DNA of 23,278 bases from a virus (IMGVR_UViG_2718218100_000005); one strand, 5' to 3'. Shown: positions 1-9,942, counted from the first letter of the stretch. A program made the numbers and translations. Notes: generated by a model not told the origin, from the letters alone.

Positions 1-549
1 ATGCAATTTAATATCCCTACGTTGCTTACACTGTTCCGTGTCATCCTTATCCCATTCTTTGTATTGGTCTTTTATCTGCCTGTCACTTGGTCGCCGTTTG
101 CCGCCGCGCTCATTTTCTGCGTCGCGGCGGTGACTGACTGGTTCGATGGTTTTCTGGCACGCCGCTGGAACCAGAGTACCCGGTTTGGTGCTTTCCTTGA
201 CCCTGTAGCAGATAAAGTTCTCGTGGCTATCGCCATGGTGCTGGTAACCGAGCATTACCACAGCTGGTGGGTGACCTTACCGGCGGCAACGATGATCGCC
301 CGTGAAATTATTATTTCTGCGCTACGCGAATGGATGGCGGAGTTGGGTAAACGCAGTAGCGTGGCTGTCTCCTGGATTGGGAAAGTGAAAACCACTGCCC
401 AGATGGTGGCGTTGGCATGGCTGCTGTGGCGTCCGAACATTTGGGTTGAGTACGCCGGTATTGCACTTTTCTTTGTGGCTGCGGTACTGACTCTGTGGTC
501 AATGTTGCAATATTTGAGCGCTGCGCGTGCAGATTTGCTTGATCAGTGA
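1..549 (+). CDS. pgsA: CDP-diacylglycerol--glycerol-3-phosphate 3-phosphatidyltransferase (phosphatidylglycerophosphate synthase)
   Basis: 182-aa ORF from ATG at 1 to TGA at 547-549; hydrophobic multi-TM protein with CDP-alcohol phosphotransferase motif (D-x2-DG-x2-AR...G-x3-D-x3-D); recognised as enterobacterial PgsA; followed by the Gly-Cys-Leu tRNA cluster as in E. coli. Confidence 0.93.
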
Positions 550-599
550 TCGTTTCGGCGCAATTTTCAGCAAACGATCAAAAGTGGTGAAAAATATCG

Positions 600-627
600 T
601 TGACTCATCGCGCCAGGTAAGTAGAAT
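600..627 (+). promoter_or_regulatory. sigma70-type promoter of the tRNA operon (TTGACT -35, 16-nt spacer, TAGAAT -10) with A/T-rich upstream region
   Basis: TTGACT at 600-605 and TAGAAT at 622-627; A-rich tract 581-596 upstream; located about 70 nt upstream of the first tRNA. Confidence 0.45.
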
Positions 628-700
628 GCAACGCATCGAACGGCGGCACTGATTGCCAGACGATAATAAAATCAAGTGATTAACTGATTGCTTGATGAAT

Positions 701-776
<76 letters not shown>

Positions 777-829
777 GTTTAAAAGACATCGGCGTCAGCG
801 GATGTCTGGCTGAAAGGCCTGAAGAATTT

Positions 830-903
830 GGCGCGTTAACAAAGCGGTTATGTAGCGGATTGCAAATCCGTCTAGTCCGGTTCGACTCCGGAACGCGCCT
901 CCA
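830..903 (+). tRNA. cysT: tRNA-Cys (anticodon GCA)
   Basis: 74-nt GGCGCGTTAACAAAGCGGTTATGTAGCGGATTGCAAATCCG...GGTTCGACTCCGGAACGCGCCTCCA; anticodon loop ATTGCAAAT. Confidence 0.93.
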
Positions 904-915
904 CTTTCTTCCCGA

Positions 916-1002
916 GCCCGGATGGTGGAATCGGTAGACACAAGGGATTTAAAATCCCTCGGCGTTCGCGCTGTGCGGGTTCAAGTCCCGCTCCGGGTAC
1001 CA
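916..1002 (+). tRNA. leuZ: tRNA-Leu (anticodon TAA), long variable arm
   Basis: 87-nt GCCCGGATGGTGGAATCGGTAGACACAAGGGATTTAAAATCCCTCGGCGTTCGCGCTGTGCGGGTTCAAGTCCCGCTCCGGGTACCA; class II tRNA with extra arm. Confidence 0.93.
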
Positions 1003-1045
1003 TGGGAAAGCTAAGAATAAAATCAAAGCAATAAGCAGTGTCGTG

Positions 1046-1068
1046 AAACCACCTTCGGGTGGTTTTTT
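1046..1068 (+). terminator. rho-independent terminator of the tRNA operon
   Basis: AAACCACC-TTCG-GGTGGTTT hairpin followed by a T run. Confidence 0.8.
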
Positions 1069-1540
1069 CGTATTTGTATTTTGTGCAATGGCGGTAGAGT
1101 GGCGATGGTGTGGCGATATGCAGAAACAATGGTAGTGCACGTGCTGTTTAAACTCTAAGGATGAAGCAGAATTCTTCTGCAGCTCCTCCGTATTTCGCAT
1201 AGTGAACCAGGACCTCTGTTAAACAAAAATTTTTCTGGGATTTTTCCACTCGACTTTATTTTTCCTCCTGCAATCCACCAACAGGTACCTGCGCTAATCT
1301 ATCTTTTTAATCTGACAACATCTTGGGAAAAGGCAAATTCGTCAGATTTACTGTTTTTCTGCTGCCTCGAATGCCGATGTCTGAAGCACTGATAAGAGTT
1401 CTATCTCTTTGATATAGATCTTTTTTTTGATGAATTGCACGACATATTATCGTTATGACACCTTCTTGTTAAAGGTATTGTGCTCCTCATCTCGATTTTA
1501 TGATGTGGGCTATGATTGGTTAGTAATTGAGTGTATCGGT

Positions 1541-1822
1541 ATGCGATGTGGTTTATTAATGGCAATCTGCCTTTGTTTAGTATCTTTTAGTGGATATGCA
1601 GCAACAGGAAAGTCTGATGCTCAGATCAAAAAAGAAATAATTAAAGAATCCATTGAATCTTATCCAGGCAATTGTGCGTGTCCTTATAATCATGCAAGGA
1701 ATGGTAGTAGATGTGGTGGACGCAGTGCATATAGCCGTAATGGAGGGTATGACGTGGTATGTTATGAGGGTGATGTTACCGATGAAATGATCCGGCAATG
1801 GAAGCAGGAGAATGCTGAGTAA
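1541..1822 (+). CDS. small secreted Cys-rich hypothetical protein (predicted signal peptide)
   Basis: Sub-ORF of 1427..1822 starting at MRCGLLMAICLCLVSFSGYAA (hydrophobic signal-like N-terminus), mature part with 6 Cys (GNCACPYNH...RCGG...VVCYEG); AT-rich surroundings; start codon choice uncertain (alternatives 1427, 1559). Confidence 0.45.
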   Translation: MRCGLLMAICLCLVSFSGYAATGKSDAQIKKEIIKESIESYPGNCACPYNHARNGSRCGGRSAYSRNGGYDVVCYEGDVTDEMIRQWKQENAE

Positions 1823-1861
1823 TCTCTTTTAACAGGTTTGTTGTGCGAGCATTATGTGCCG

Positions 1862-1945
1862 TTAACGGTTCACATCCCGAAAATCTGCGCTTCTGGCTGA
1901 AAGCCTGTCCGGTGGTCCTTCGTGAGCGATTTCATCAACAATGTA
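1862..1945 (-). pseudogene. continuation of the gpD-like gene on the other side of IS30, ending after 27 codons
   Basis: After removing IS30 plus one copy of the AG duplication the gpD frame continues in phase as YIVDEIAHEGPPDRLSARSADFRDVNR-stop; gpD-like similarity stops near 1862, implying a deletion of the remaining approx 300 codons. Confidence 0.5.
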
Positions 1946-2005
1946 AGTGTAGATTCAATTGGTCAACGCAACAGTTATGTGAAAACATGGGGTTGCGGAG
2001 GTTTG

Positions 2006-3018
2006 GAACTATGGAAGAACGGAACAGGCTTCAGTGAAATAGCGAATATCCTGGGTTCAAAACCCGGAACGATCTTCACTATGTTAAGGGATACTGGCGG
2101 CATAAAACCCCATGAGCGTAAGCGGGCTGTAGCTCACCTGACACTGTCTGAGCGCGAGGAGATACGAGCTGGTTTGTCAGCCAAAATGAGCATTCGTGCG
2201 ATAGCTACTGCGCTGAATCGCAGTCCTTCGACGATCTCACGTGAAGTTCAGCGTAATCGGGGCAGACGCTATTACAAAGCTGTTGATGCTAATAACCGAG
2301 CCAACAGAATGGCGAAAAGGCCAAAACCGTGCTTACTGGATCAAAATTTACCATTGCGAAAGCTTGTTCTGGAAAAGCTGGAGATGAAATGGTCTCCAGA
2401 GCAAATATCAGGATGGTTAAGGCGAACAAAACCACGTCAAAAAACGCTGCGAATATCACCTGAGACAATTTATAAAACGCTGTACTTTCGTAGCCGTGAA
2501 GCGCTACACCACCTGAATATACAGCATCTGCGACGGTCGCATAGCCTTCGCCATGGCAGGCGTCATACCCGCAAAGGCGAAAGAGGTACGATTAACATAG
2601 TGAACGGAACACCAATTCACGAACGTTCCCGAAATATCGATAACAGACGCTCTCTAGGGCATTGGGAGGGCGATTTAGTCTCAGGTACAAAAAACTCTCA
2701 TATAGCCACACTTGTAGACCGAAAATCACGTTATACGATCATCCTCAGACTCAGGGGCAAAGATTCTGTCTCAGTAAATCAGGCTCTTACCGACAAATTC
2801 CTGAGTTTACCGTCAGAACTCAGAAAATCACTGACATGGGACAGAGGAATGGAACTGGCCAGACATCTAGAATTTACTGTCAGCACCGGCGTTAAAGTTT
2901 ACTTCTGCGATCCTCAGAGTCCTTGGCAGCGGGGAACAAATGAGAACACAAATGGGCTAATTCGGCAGTACTTTCCTAAAAAGACATGTCTTGCCCAATA
3001 TACTCAACATGAACTAGA
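2006..3018 (+). pseudogene. IS30 transposase (InsI-like), 5' and 3' disrupted
   Basis: ORF 1922..3058 matches IS30 transposase from ELWKNGTGFSEIANILGS... to ...AQYTQHEL; N-terminus upstream of ELWK is read-through of the terminal repeat (no native start), 3' end runs into the IS629 terminus at 3019. Confidence 0.85.
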
Positions 3019-3060
3019 TGAACCGCCCCGGGTTTCCTGGAGAGTGTTTTATCTGTGAAC

Positions 3061-3951
3061 TCAGGCTGCCAGATCATCGTTTCCGATGGAAGCATAATAA
3101 GCTTTTTCTGCTTCTGCCGGAGGAGTATGGCCCAGCCTTCCCAGCAATCGTCGATTGTTATACCAGTCCACCCACGTTAGTGTGGCCAGTTCCACTTCTG
3201 CACGGTTTTTCCAGCTCTTACGGTGTATTACCTCCGCTTTGTAAAGACCATTGATGCTCTCAGCCATCGCGTTGTCATACGAGTCGCCTGTACTCCCTGT
3301 TGATGCCAGTAATCCGGCTTCTTTTAGTCGCTCCGTATAGGCCAGTGACACATACTGAGAGCCTTTATCGCTGTGATGGATGGTGCCAGACGGACGACGG
3401 GCCCACAACGCCTGCTCCAGCGCATCCAGCACGAATGTCGTTTCCATAGACGATGAGACCCGCCACCCCACGATGTATCCGGCAAACACATCAATGATAA
3501 ACGCCACATAGACGAAGCCCTGCCATGTGCTGACGTAAGTAAAATCAGCCACCCACAGCTGGTCAGGTCGTTCTGCCACGAACTGACGGTTTACGCGGTC
3601 GCCTGCGGCAACGGCTTTCCGGCTGATGGTCGTACGGACCTTTTTACCCCGGAGAACACCGGCAAGTCCCATAACCGCCATGAGACGTGCCACTGTACAT
3701 CTGGCCACCCTGATTCCTTCCCGTAACAACTGACGCCAGACTTTACGCACACCGTACACCTGATGATTTTCATCGTATACGCGCTGTATCTCTCTCTTCA
3801 GCCAGTCGTCGTGCTGCGCACGGGCACTGCGTTTATCCGGATGATGTCGCTGTTGCTGACAATGGTAATACGTTGACGGGGCAATATGCAGTTCGCTGCA
3901 TACCGGTCCGACCCCGTACTGCTCACGCAGCTTATCCAGCAGTGGCATCAT
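3061..3951 (-). CDS. IS3-family transposase OrfB (DDE integrase-like catalytic domain)
   Basis: 296-aa ORF overlapping orfA by ATGA; contains DDE-type motifs ([30 protein letters not shown]); probably expressed as OrfAB fusion by frameshift. Confidence 0.85.
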   Translation of the reverse strand: MMPLLDKLREQYGVGPVCSELHIAPSTYYHCQQQRHHPDKRSARAQHDDWLKREIQRVYDENHQVYGVRKVWRQLLREGIRVARCTVARLMAVMGLAGVLRGKKVRTTISRKAVAAGDRVNRQFVAERPDQLWVADFTYVSTWQGFVYVAFIIDVFAGYIVGWRVSSSMETTFVLDALEQALWARRPSGTIHHSDKGSQYVSLAYTERLKEAGLLASTGSTGDSYDNAMAESINGLYKAEVIHRKSWKNRAEVELATLTWVDWYNNRRLLGRLGHTPPAEAEKAYYASIGNDDLAA

Positions 3952-4274
3952 TTTTTCCAGAGGCGGTCGAACTCCGCCTTCGCAAAATAAGCGGAAGCCT
4001 GGCGAAGGATATCGTTACTGCGGCGCAGTTCACGATTTTCACGTTCCAGCTCTTTCAGACGCTGACGTTCAGCGCTGGTGAGCCCACCATCACCGCCCCC
4101 GGTATCCCGCTCATGCTGGCGAACCCAGACACGCAGAGTCTCCGGCGTACAGCCAATCTTTGGGGCAATGGAACAAATTGCCGCCCACTGTGAGTCATAT
4201 TCATCCTGACTTTCCAGAACCATACGAATCGCCCGCTGACGGACTTCGGGGGAAAAACGAGTATTTTTAGTCAT
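3948..4274 (-). CDS. IS3-family transposase OrfA (HTH)
   Basis: 108-aa [54 protein letters not shown]...; leucine-zipper-like C-terminus; typical IS629 OrfA. Confidence 0.85.
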   Translation of the reverse strand: MTKNTRFSPEVRQRAIRMVLESQDEYDSQWAAICSIAPKIGCTPETLRVWVRQHERDTGGGDGGLTSAERQRLKELERENRELRRSNDILRQASAYFAKAEFDRLWKK

Positions 4275-4329
4275 CCTGTTTACCTCTTTCTCAGGGAGTT
4301 TAGTCTCCAGGATTTCCGGGGCGGTTCAA

Positions 4330-4428
4330 GATCTGGTTGCTGCTCAGCTAAACAACAGACCGAGAAAGACACTGAAGTTCAAAACACCGAAAGAGATAAT
4401 TGAAAGGGGTGTTGCATTGACAGATTGA
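4330..4428 (+). pseudogene. IS30 transposase 3' segment displaced by the IS629 insertion
   Basis: Translation DLVAAQLNNRPRKTLKFKTPKEIIERGVALTD-stop continues the transposase reading frame broken at 3018. Confidence 0.8.
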
Positions 4429-4435
4429 ATCTACA

Positions 4436-4702
4436 AGTGCCTTTTTCTGTCAGCGGTTCTCCTTTCCAGCCAATGAGAACCGTCAGGCGCGCGCCCCGTG
4501 GCGGTAGCTGCAACTGACCATCTGCATCATCCAGCGTGATGGTGAGCTGGTCCGCCTCAAATCCCCGGTTGTCGGTCAGTGACAGGCTCATCAGGCGCTC
4601 TGCCACGCCTGACAGCGTTTTACCCTCCGCGAGAATATCAAAATCCGGCACTTTCACGTGGTCTGTGCCCTGACTGAGCAATTGCATGGTGGTGTCGGTC
4701 AT
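4436..4702 (-). pseudogene. P2 gpD-like tail protein, N-terminal fragment cut by IS30
   Basis: Minus-strand translation MTDTTMQLLSQGTDHVKVPDFDILAEGKTLSGVAERLMSLSLTDNRGFEADQLTITLDDADGQLQLPPRGARLTVLIGWKG...; resembles the conserved N-terminus of phage late control gene D/gpD tail proteins; SD GGGAGGG upstream; frame enters IS30 at 4435. Confidence 0.65.
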
Positions 4703-4859
4703 CTGTTCCCTCCCTGTGCGGCATGGTCGCATGTGCGTGCGGAGGGGGTTACTGCTTTTTGTTGTCGCCGTGGCGGGAGAACGGCGCAGGGGTGAGATTA
4801 CGCGCGTGGTGGGTGATGATTGTTGCCGAATCATTTAACGGATACAAGGGGCTGAAGCT

Positions 4860-6044
4860 ATGAGTGAAACTCGTTTTCATGGTGCCCGTGTTACGGAAAG
4901 TACCGACCTGGTAACAGCGATTAATGATGTTGATTCCAGTGTTATCGGTATCGTGGCAACGGCAGATGATGCGGACGCGGAGCTGTTCCCGCTGAACAAG
5001 CCCACACTGCTGACCCGCGTCAATGACGTGCTGGGAAAATGCGGGACTACGGGGACGCTTTATCGTGCGCTTAAGGCTATCGCAGACCAGGTGAGCACAA
5101 AAGTGATCGTCGTTCGCGTGGCTGAACACAAAGAAGAAGGCGGTAAGACGCAGGATCAACTGGTTATCGGTGGTTCTGAATCTGACGGCAGCTATACGGG
5201 GATGTATGCGCTGCTTGTTGCAGAGCAGGATGAAAGCATCGGATACCGTCCGCGTATTCTGGCCGCGCCGGAGCTGGACACGGAGGCGGTAACAAAATCC
5301 CTGTGCGTGATTGCGGGTAAACTGCGCGCGTTTGTGTATGCCACATGTCATGGTTGTAACACGATGGCTGAGGCGATTACCTACCGCCAGAAATTCAACG
5401 AACGTGAGGTGATGCTCTTATGGCCTGACTTCATCGCCTACAACCTGAAAAGTGGCAAAAACGAAACGTTCCCCGCGCCTGCTTATGCGTGCGGCCTTCG
5501 TGCGTACATTGACCATGAGCAGGGCTGGCACAAATCGCTGTCCAACGTTCCGGTTAAAAATGTGCTTGGGATGTCGAGGCATGTGTTCTGGTCGTTGCAG
5601 GCCGAAGACAGTGATGCCAACAGCCTCAACAACAAAGAAATCACGACCATTATTCGTCGCAACGGGTTCCGCTTCTGGGGCAACCGCACACCGGAAACGA
5701 ACGCCTACATCTTTGAGGTGTATACCCGAACCGCACAGGTGCTGGCTGATTCAATTGCGGAAGCGCAGTTTGAAACCATCGACAGTCCACTGACACCTGC
5801 GAACGTGAAGGATGTTATCAGTGCCATCAGGGCAAAACTGGATTCACTGGTTACTGCCGGGAAACTGATTGGCGCGGAGTGCTGGTATGACATCGAGGAT
5901 AACAGCACCACGAATTTACGTCAGGGGCGTGTGCGTATTCGCTACAAATATACGCCCGTTCCTCCGCTGGAAGACATGGAGCTTTACCAGTCGTTTACTG
6001 ATGAATTCTTTGGTCCCGCATTTGCGGTGCTGGGAGGTGCCTGA
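4860..6044 (+). CDS. contractile tail sheath protein (P2 gpFI family)
   Basis: 394-aa ORF; blocks typical of P2 FI sheath (DADAELFPLNKP, QGWHKSLSNV, RRNGFRFWGNRT, YTPVPPLE); RBS AAGGGG 8 nt upstream; stop overlaps next start (ATGA-type coupling at 6042-6046). Confidence 0.9.
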   Translation: MSETRFHGARVTESTDLVTAINDVDSSVIGIVATADDADAELFPLNKPTLLTRVNDVLGKCGTTGTLYRALKAIADQVSTKVIVVRVAEHKEEGGKTQDQLVIGGSESDGSYTGMYALLVAEQDESIGYRPRILAAPELDTEAVTKSLCVIAGKLRAFVYATCHGCNTMAEAITYRQKFNEREVMLLWPDFIAYNLKSGKNETFPAPAYACGLRAYIDHEQGWHKSLSNVPVKNVLGMSRHVFWSLQAEDSDANSLNNKEITTIIRRNGFRFWGNRTPETNAYIFEVYTRTAQVLADSIAEAQFETIDSPLTPANVKDVISAIRAKLDSLVTAGKLIGAECWYDIEDNSTTNLRQGRVRIRYKYTPVPPLEDMELYQSFTDEFFGPAFAVLGGA

Positions 6045-6556
6045 TGGCTGTACCAAAACATCTTCGCTTTTTTACGCTGTTTGTGGATGGTGAAAACGAA
6101 GTGGGTAAGGTGACGTCCGTCACCCTGCCTAAACTGACGCGCAAAACCGACAGCTACCGGGGTGGTGGCATGATGGGTGCGGTAAGTATTGACCTCGGCC
6201 TGGACGACTCCGCGCTTGATGCGAGCTTTGTCATGGGGGGCGCAGTTCGTGAGCTGTTCCTGAAGTATGGCGGCACGATTGACGGCACGCTACTGCGTTT
6301 TGCGGGGGAATACTACACCGATGATGAAAGCGACCTGTATGAAGTCGAAATGCGCGGACGTGTGACGGAAATTGATATGGGGGAAGCCAAACAGGGCGAA
6401 GCCACATCACACACTTACGCCATTAAAAACACCTACTACAAGCTGAGTGTTAACGATCGCCCGTTGTGGGAGATTGACCTGCTGAACTTCATTTACCGGA
6501 AGGACGGCAAGGACATTGTGCCCGATCGCATCCGTTCCGCGCTTGGGCTTGGCTGA
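6044..6556 (+). CDS. tail tube protein (P2 gpFII family)
   Basis: 170-aa ORF immediately after the sheath gene; LPKLTRKTDSYRGGGM motif as in P2 FII. Confidence 0.85.
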   Translation: MAVPKHLRFFTLFVDGENEVGKVTSVTLPKLTRKTDSYRGGGMMGAVSIDLGLDDSALDASFVMGGAVRELFLKYGGTIDGTLLRFAGEYYTDDESDLYEVEMRGRVTEIDMGEAKQGEATSHTYAIKNTYYKLSVNDRPLWEIDLLNFIYRKDGKDIVPDRIRSALGLG

Positions 6557-6610
6557 TAAGTAATATGCAGGCGGCGCAGTGCGTCGCCTCTGACTGAAAG
6601 GAGTTTCCTG

Positions 6611-6976
6611 ATGAAAGAGACGAAAAACATCGATACCGAAAACACGGTAGTTACTGACACTGTGAAAGAAACCAGTGAGCGTGGTGTAAAACTTACCCAA
6701 CCAATTGAGCGAGGCGGCGAAAAAATCACGTATGTGGAGATCACCGGGGCTATTGAGCAGGCTGGATCTCTGCGAGATTTGTCGCTGTCTGATGTGCTGA
6801 ATCTGAAAGCGGAATCCATGTTTACGCTGCTGTCACGCGTGACATCACCGCGACTGGATGAAGTGACGATCAAAAAAATGGCATCCCGTGACTTTATTCA
6901 GTTATGTGTGGTTGCCGTAAATTTTTTGAGCGGTGCGGACTCTGGCGGGAAGAACGAACAGGCGACGGAAGCCTGA
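6611..6976 (+). CDS. tail assembly chaperone (P2 gpE-like)
   Basis: 121-aa ORF between tube and tape measure genes with SD AAAGGAG; contains slippery heptamer T_TTT_TTG in frame at 6922-6928. Confidence 0.7.
   Translation: MKETKNIDTENTVVTDTVKETSERGVKLTQPIERGGEKITYVEITGAIEQAGSLRDLSLSDVLNLKAESMFTLLSRVTSPRLDEVTIKKMASRDFIQLCVVAVNFLSGADSGGKNEQATEA
6922..6928 (+). other. programmed -1 ribosomal frameshift site (TTTTTTG) producing E+E' fusion
   Basis: Heptamer positioned as X_XXY_YYZ in the E frame; the -1 frame is open from here to 7140 and ends just inside the tape measure gene, the arrangement conserved in P2 E/E' and lambda G/GT. Confidence 0.7.
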
Positions 6977-7140
6977 TCACGGTTGTGTGCTTTGAGCACA
7001 TAGAAGACTTTGTGGCAGATATTGCCGTTATTTTTAACTGGTCGCCCGCCGAAATCTTCATGATGACGCCCGGCGAAGTGGTTAGCTGGCGTGAGCGGGC
7101 GGCACTTCGCAGCGGGAATGCAGACAATGAAGACTCTTGA
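6928..7140 (+). CDS. E' extension (-1 frame) of the tail chaperone
   Basis: 71 codons open in the -1 frame (ERCGLWREERTGDGSLITVV...RERAALRSGNADNEDS) reachable only by frameshifting at 6922-6928. Confidence 0.65.
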   Translation, partial: ERCGLWREERTGDGSLITVVCFEHIEDFVADIAVIFNWSPAEIFMMTPGEVVSWRERAALRSGNADNEDS

Positions 7141-9930
7141 TATCCGGGTCGCTTTCAGCGCCGTTGACAGGCTGACCCGACCTGCCGAAAACGCACGCCG
7201 CCTGATGGGGCAGTTTGGTGACTCCATCCAGCGAACGCAGGGGGCGATCAAAAATCTCGAGCGTCAGGCGCGATCATTTGAGCGCGCCCGCGACGCTGTC
7301 AGTAAAGCGGATGCTGGCATCGTGAAAGCACGACGCCAGCTTAACGCCCTTAATCAGTTACAACGCACGGGTACAGTGCTCAGCGAAAAACAACAAAAGC
7401 TGATGCAGCAGTTAAGCACCCGGCTTGAACGCCTGAATGAATCGCGCACACGGGAAATTCAGAAAATGAGGGAACTTGGCGGAGAGCTGAAACGCCACGG
7501 CATTTCCCTGACAGGCAGCGATAACACCATTCAGCAGGCCATCAGACGCACCGAACAATACAACAACCAGCTTGAACGCGAACGGCAGGCGCTTGCGCGT
7601 GTAACGCAGGCGCGTGAGCGGTATTCGCACGCGCAGGAAACCGCGGGAAAACTGAAAACAGGTGGTGCGCTGGCAATTGGTGCGGCAGCGGCGGGCGGCT
7701 ATGCTGCCGGGCGTTTTTTGCAGCCTGCGATCGGGTTCGGCAAAGAGATGTCCCGCGTTCAGGCACTGACGCGAATCGACAAAAACAGCCCGCAGTTTAA
7801 GGCGCTGCGTGAGCAGGCGTTAAAACTTGCTGAAACACAGTTTACTGCGAGTGATGCCGCCAGTGGGCAGAGCTTTCTGGCAATGGCTGGTTTTACTCCG
7901 CAGGCCATTCAGGCCGCATTGCCCGGTGTTCTTAATATGGCGCTGGCAGGTGGCGTCGAACTCGGCGAGACGGCTGATATAGGCTCCAATATCCTCACAC
8001 AGTTCAACCTGACAGCCGATCAAATGGACCGGGTGGGCGATACGCTGACAGCAGCATTTACCCGGACCAATACTGATTTACGCGCGCTGGGCGAAACCAT
8101 GAAGTATACCGGTCCGGTTGCCGCAAAACTTGGTATCAGTCTTGAAGAAGCGGCGGCCATGGCCGGGATGCTTGCCAATAATGGTCTTCGCGGAAGCGAT
8201 GCTGGCACGGCCATGCGCGCAAGTCTGTCCCGCCTTGCATCACCGCCAAAAGCTGCGGCTGATGCACTGAAAGAGCTGGGGGTGTCAGTTGCTGACGCCA
8301 GAGGCAAAATGCGCCCGATGGAGGATGTGCTGCTTGATCTCTATAAGGCGACACAAAAATACGGACAGGTGGACCAGGTCTCCTTCTTCAAGGACATCGC
8401 CGGAGAAGAGGCGTTCGTTGGTTTGCAGACGCTTGTTGCGGCGGCTGGTTCAGGAGAGCTGCAAAAACTGACCAGAGAATTGCAGGGGGCAAGGGGAGAG
8501 GCCGATCGCGTCGCAAAAGTAATGGCTGATAATCTTGATGGGGACCTGAAAAATCTCGACAGCGCATGGGAAGGTCTTCGTATTCGCATCAGTGATCTGG
8601 TTGACGGTCCGCTGCGTTCTGTCACGCAGTGGCTCACGCGGGGGCTTGAAAAAATCACCTCGCTGGCGCAGGCCCATCCGGTACTGACGCGCCAGCTACT
8701 GATAGCAGGCGGTGCGTTGCTGGCAATGACTGCAACGATTGGCTCGTTGTCGCTGGTTATTGGGGTGCTTTACGGGAAGCTGGCCACCCTGCGTCTTGGT
8801 TTTGACATTCTTACCCGGTCAATGAATGTCGTCAGGGTGTTACCTGCGCTATGGGGAATGGTGACGGGTTCCGTTTCTTTACTGGGAGGCGTTATCGGGG
8901 CGTTGTTCAGTCCGGTTGGTCTTATCGTGGCTGCGCTTGCCGGAGCTGCCGTTCTTATCTGGAAATACTGGGATCCTATCAGGGCTTTCTTTGCCGGGGT
9001 GTTCAGCGGGATTATGGAAAGGCTGACCCCGTTGCGCGACACCTTTGAACGGTTTGGCCCTGTTTTTGACGTAATCGGAAGCGGTTCAGCCAGGTGTTTA
9101 ACTGGTTTAAATCGCTGCTGTCACCGATGGAGTCCAGCAAGGAAACGCTGGATAAATGTACCAGTGCTGGCGAGGTATTCGGTAACGTTCTTGGTGGTGC
9201 GTTACAGCTTGTTCTGACGCCTGCAAAAATGTTGCTGGATACGCTGGCGTGGATACTTGAAAAACTCGGTGTGCTTCCGGATGAAGCGGAAAGGGCGCGC
9301 AAGAAAATCGAAGACGCACAACGTGCGGCCATTCTTCAGGACAAGGTTGCTCTGTTTCAGGGAGACATTGCGAAAATCAATCCGCCGAAGTCTGCGGGAA
9401 ATAGCAATGGCACCGGAGATGATAAACCCAAAGACAACAAACCTCTCACAGACAGCAATACCGGCACGCTACGCAGACTCAGCAAAATTGCTGATAACAC
9501 AGGTAAGCTGGTTGATGAGACAAAAAAACGCATTGGCCCCGGCGATATTGTCTTTAAGAACCTGCCCCGCGCACTTGCTGTTCGTGGGGAGTGGCAGGAG
9601 CGGAAGATTGCGCAGGTCAGTAAGCCTGCCCCCGCAATTAATATCACACCCGTGGTCCCGGCTCCGCTGCCTCCGGCGCTGGTCCCTGTTGTTGCGGCCA
9701 GCTCCCGCCCGGTGGTGGAGGCCATACGATCGCCAGTGGCATCAGTTCCTGCAACTTCCCGTAACCGGGAGCCTGTTGCCTCCGGATTTGGCGGTGAAAT
9801 TCATGTTCATCTGCATAACGTTGTTACGCAGAATCCCCGCGAACTGGCGAAACTGGTCGGCGAAATGGTCAGGGCAGAAATGGAACGGCGCGCCCGTGCC
9901 AGGCGTGGCAGTTTTTACGATAAAGATTGA
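7127..9930 (+). pseudogene. tail tape measure protein (P2 gpT-like) with a reading-frame break near 9068-9095
   Basis: Long coiled-coil N-terminal region, Gly/Ala-rich hydrophobic central segments and a C-terminal region, all typical of tape measure proteins; ORF 7091..9217 and ORF 9094..9930 are in different frames and together span one gene-sized unit (length not a multiple of 3). Confidence 0.75.
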
Positions 9931-9942
9931 GGAGTCATGGCC

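Larger units (their letters stand above)
3019..4328 (-). mobile_element. IS3-family insertion sequence, IS629/IS1203-like, 1310 bp, apparently intact (copy 1)
   Basis: Termini TGAACCGCCCCGGG... (3019) and ...CCGGGGCGGTTCA (4328) form inverted repeats; 3-bp AGA target duplication (3016-3018 and 4329-4331) that restores the IS30 sequence GAACTAGATCTGG; orfA and orfB overlapping. Confidence 0.85.
1948..4435 (+). mobile_element. IS30 copy, defective: interrupted by an IS629-like insertion and apparently carrying a short 5' internal deletion
   Basis: Left end TGTAGATTCAATTGGTCAACGCAACAG at 1948 and inverted right end ...CAGATTGAATCTACA at 4435; flanking 2-bp AG direct repeat (1946-1947 and 4436-4437); InsI-like ORF inside. 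Confidence 0.85.

Noticed and set aside
1169-1182. Adjacent EcoRI (GAATTC) and PstI (CTGCAG) sites inside a short palindrome, considered as possible cloning-vector polylinker
   Set aside because: No other vector-like sequence nearby; the sites form part of a natural-looking 6-bp inverted repeat (GCAGAA/TTCTGC); most likely coincidence.
1922-2005. N-terminal 28 residues of the 378-aa ORF (MSDFINNVSVDSIGQRNSYVKTWGCGG)
   Set aside because: This is translation of the IS30 terminal inverted repeat and leader, not a native protein start; the real transposase N-terminus appears to be deleted.
4740-4800. Search for an Ogr-type late promoter element (TGT-N12-ACA) upstream of the sheath gene
   Set aside because: Only imperfect matches (e.g. 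TGT-N12-AGA around 4763-4780); not convincing enough to annotate without comparison to characterised P2 late promoters.
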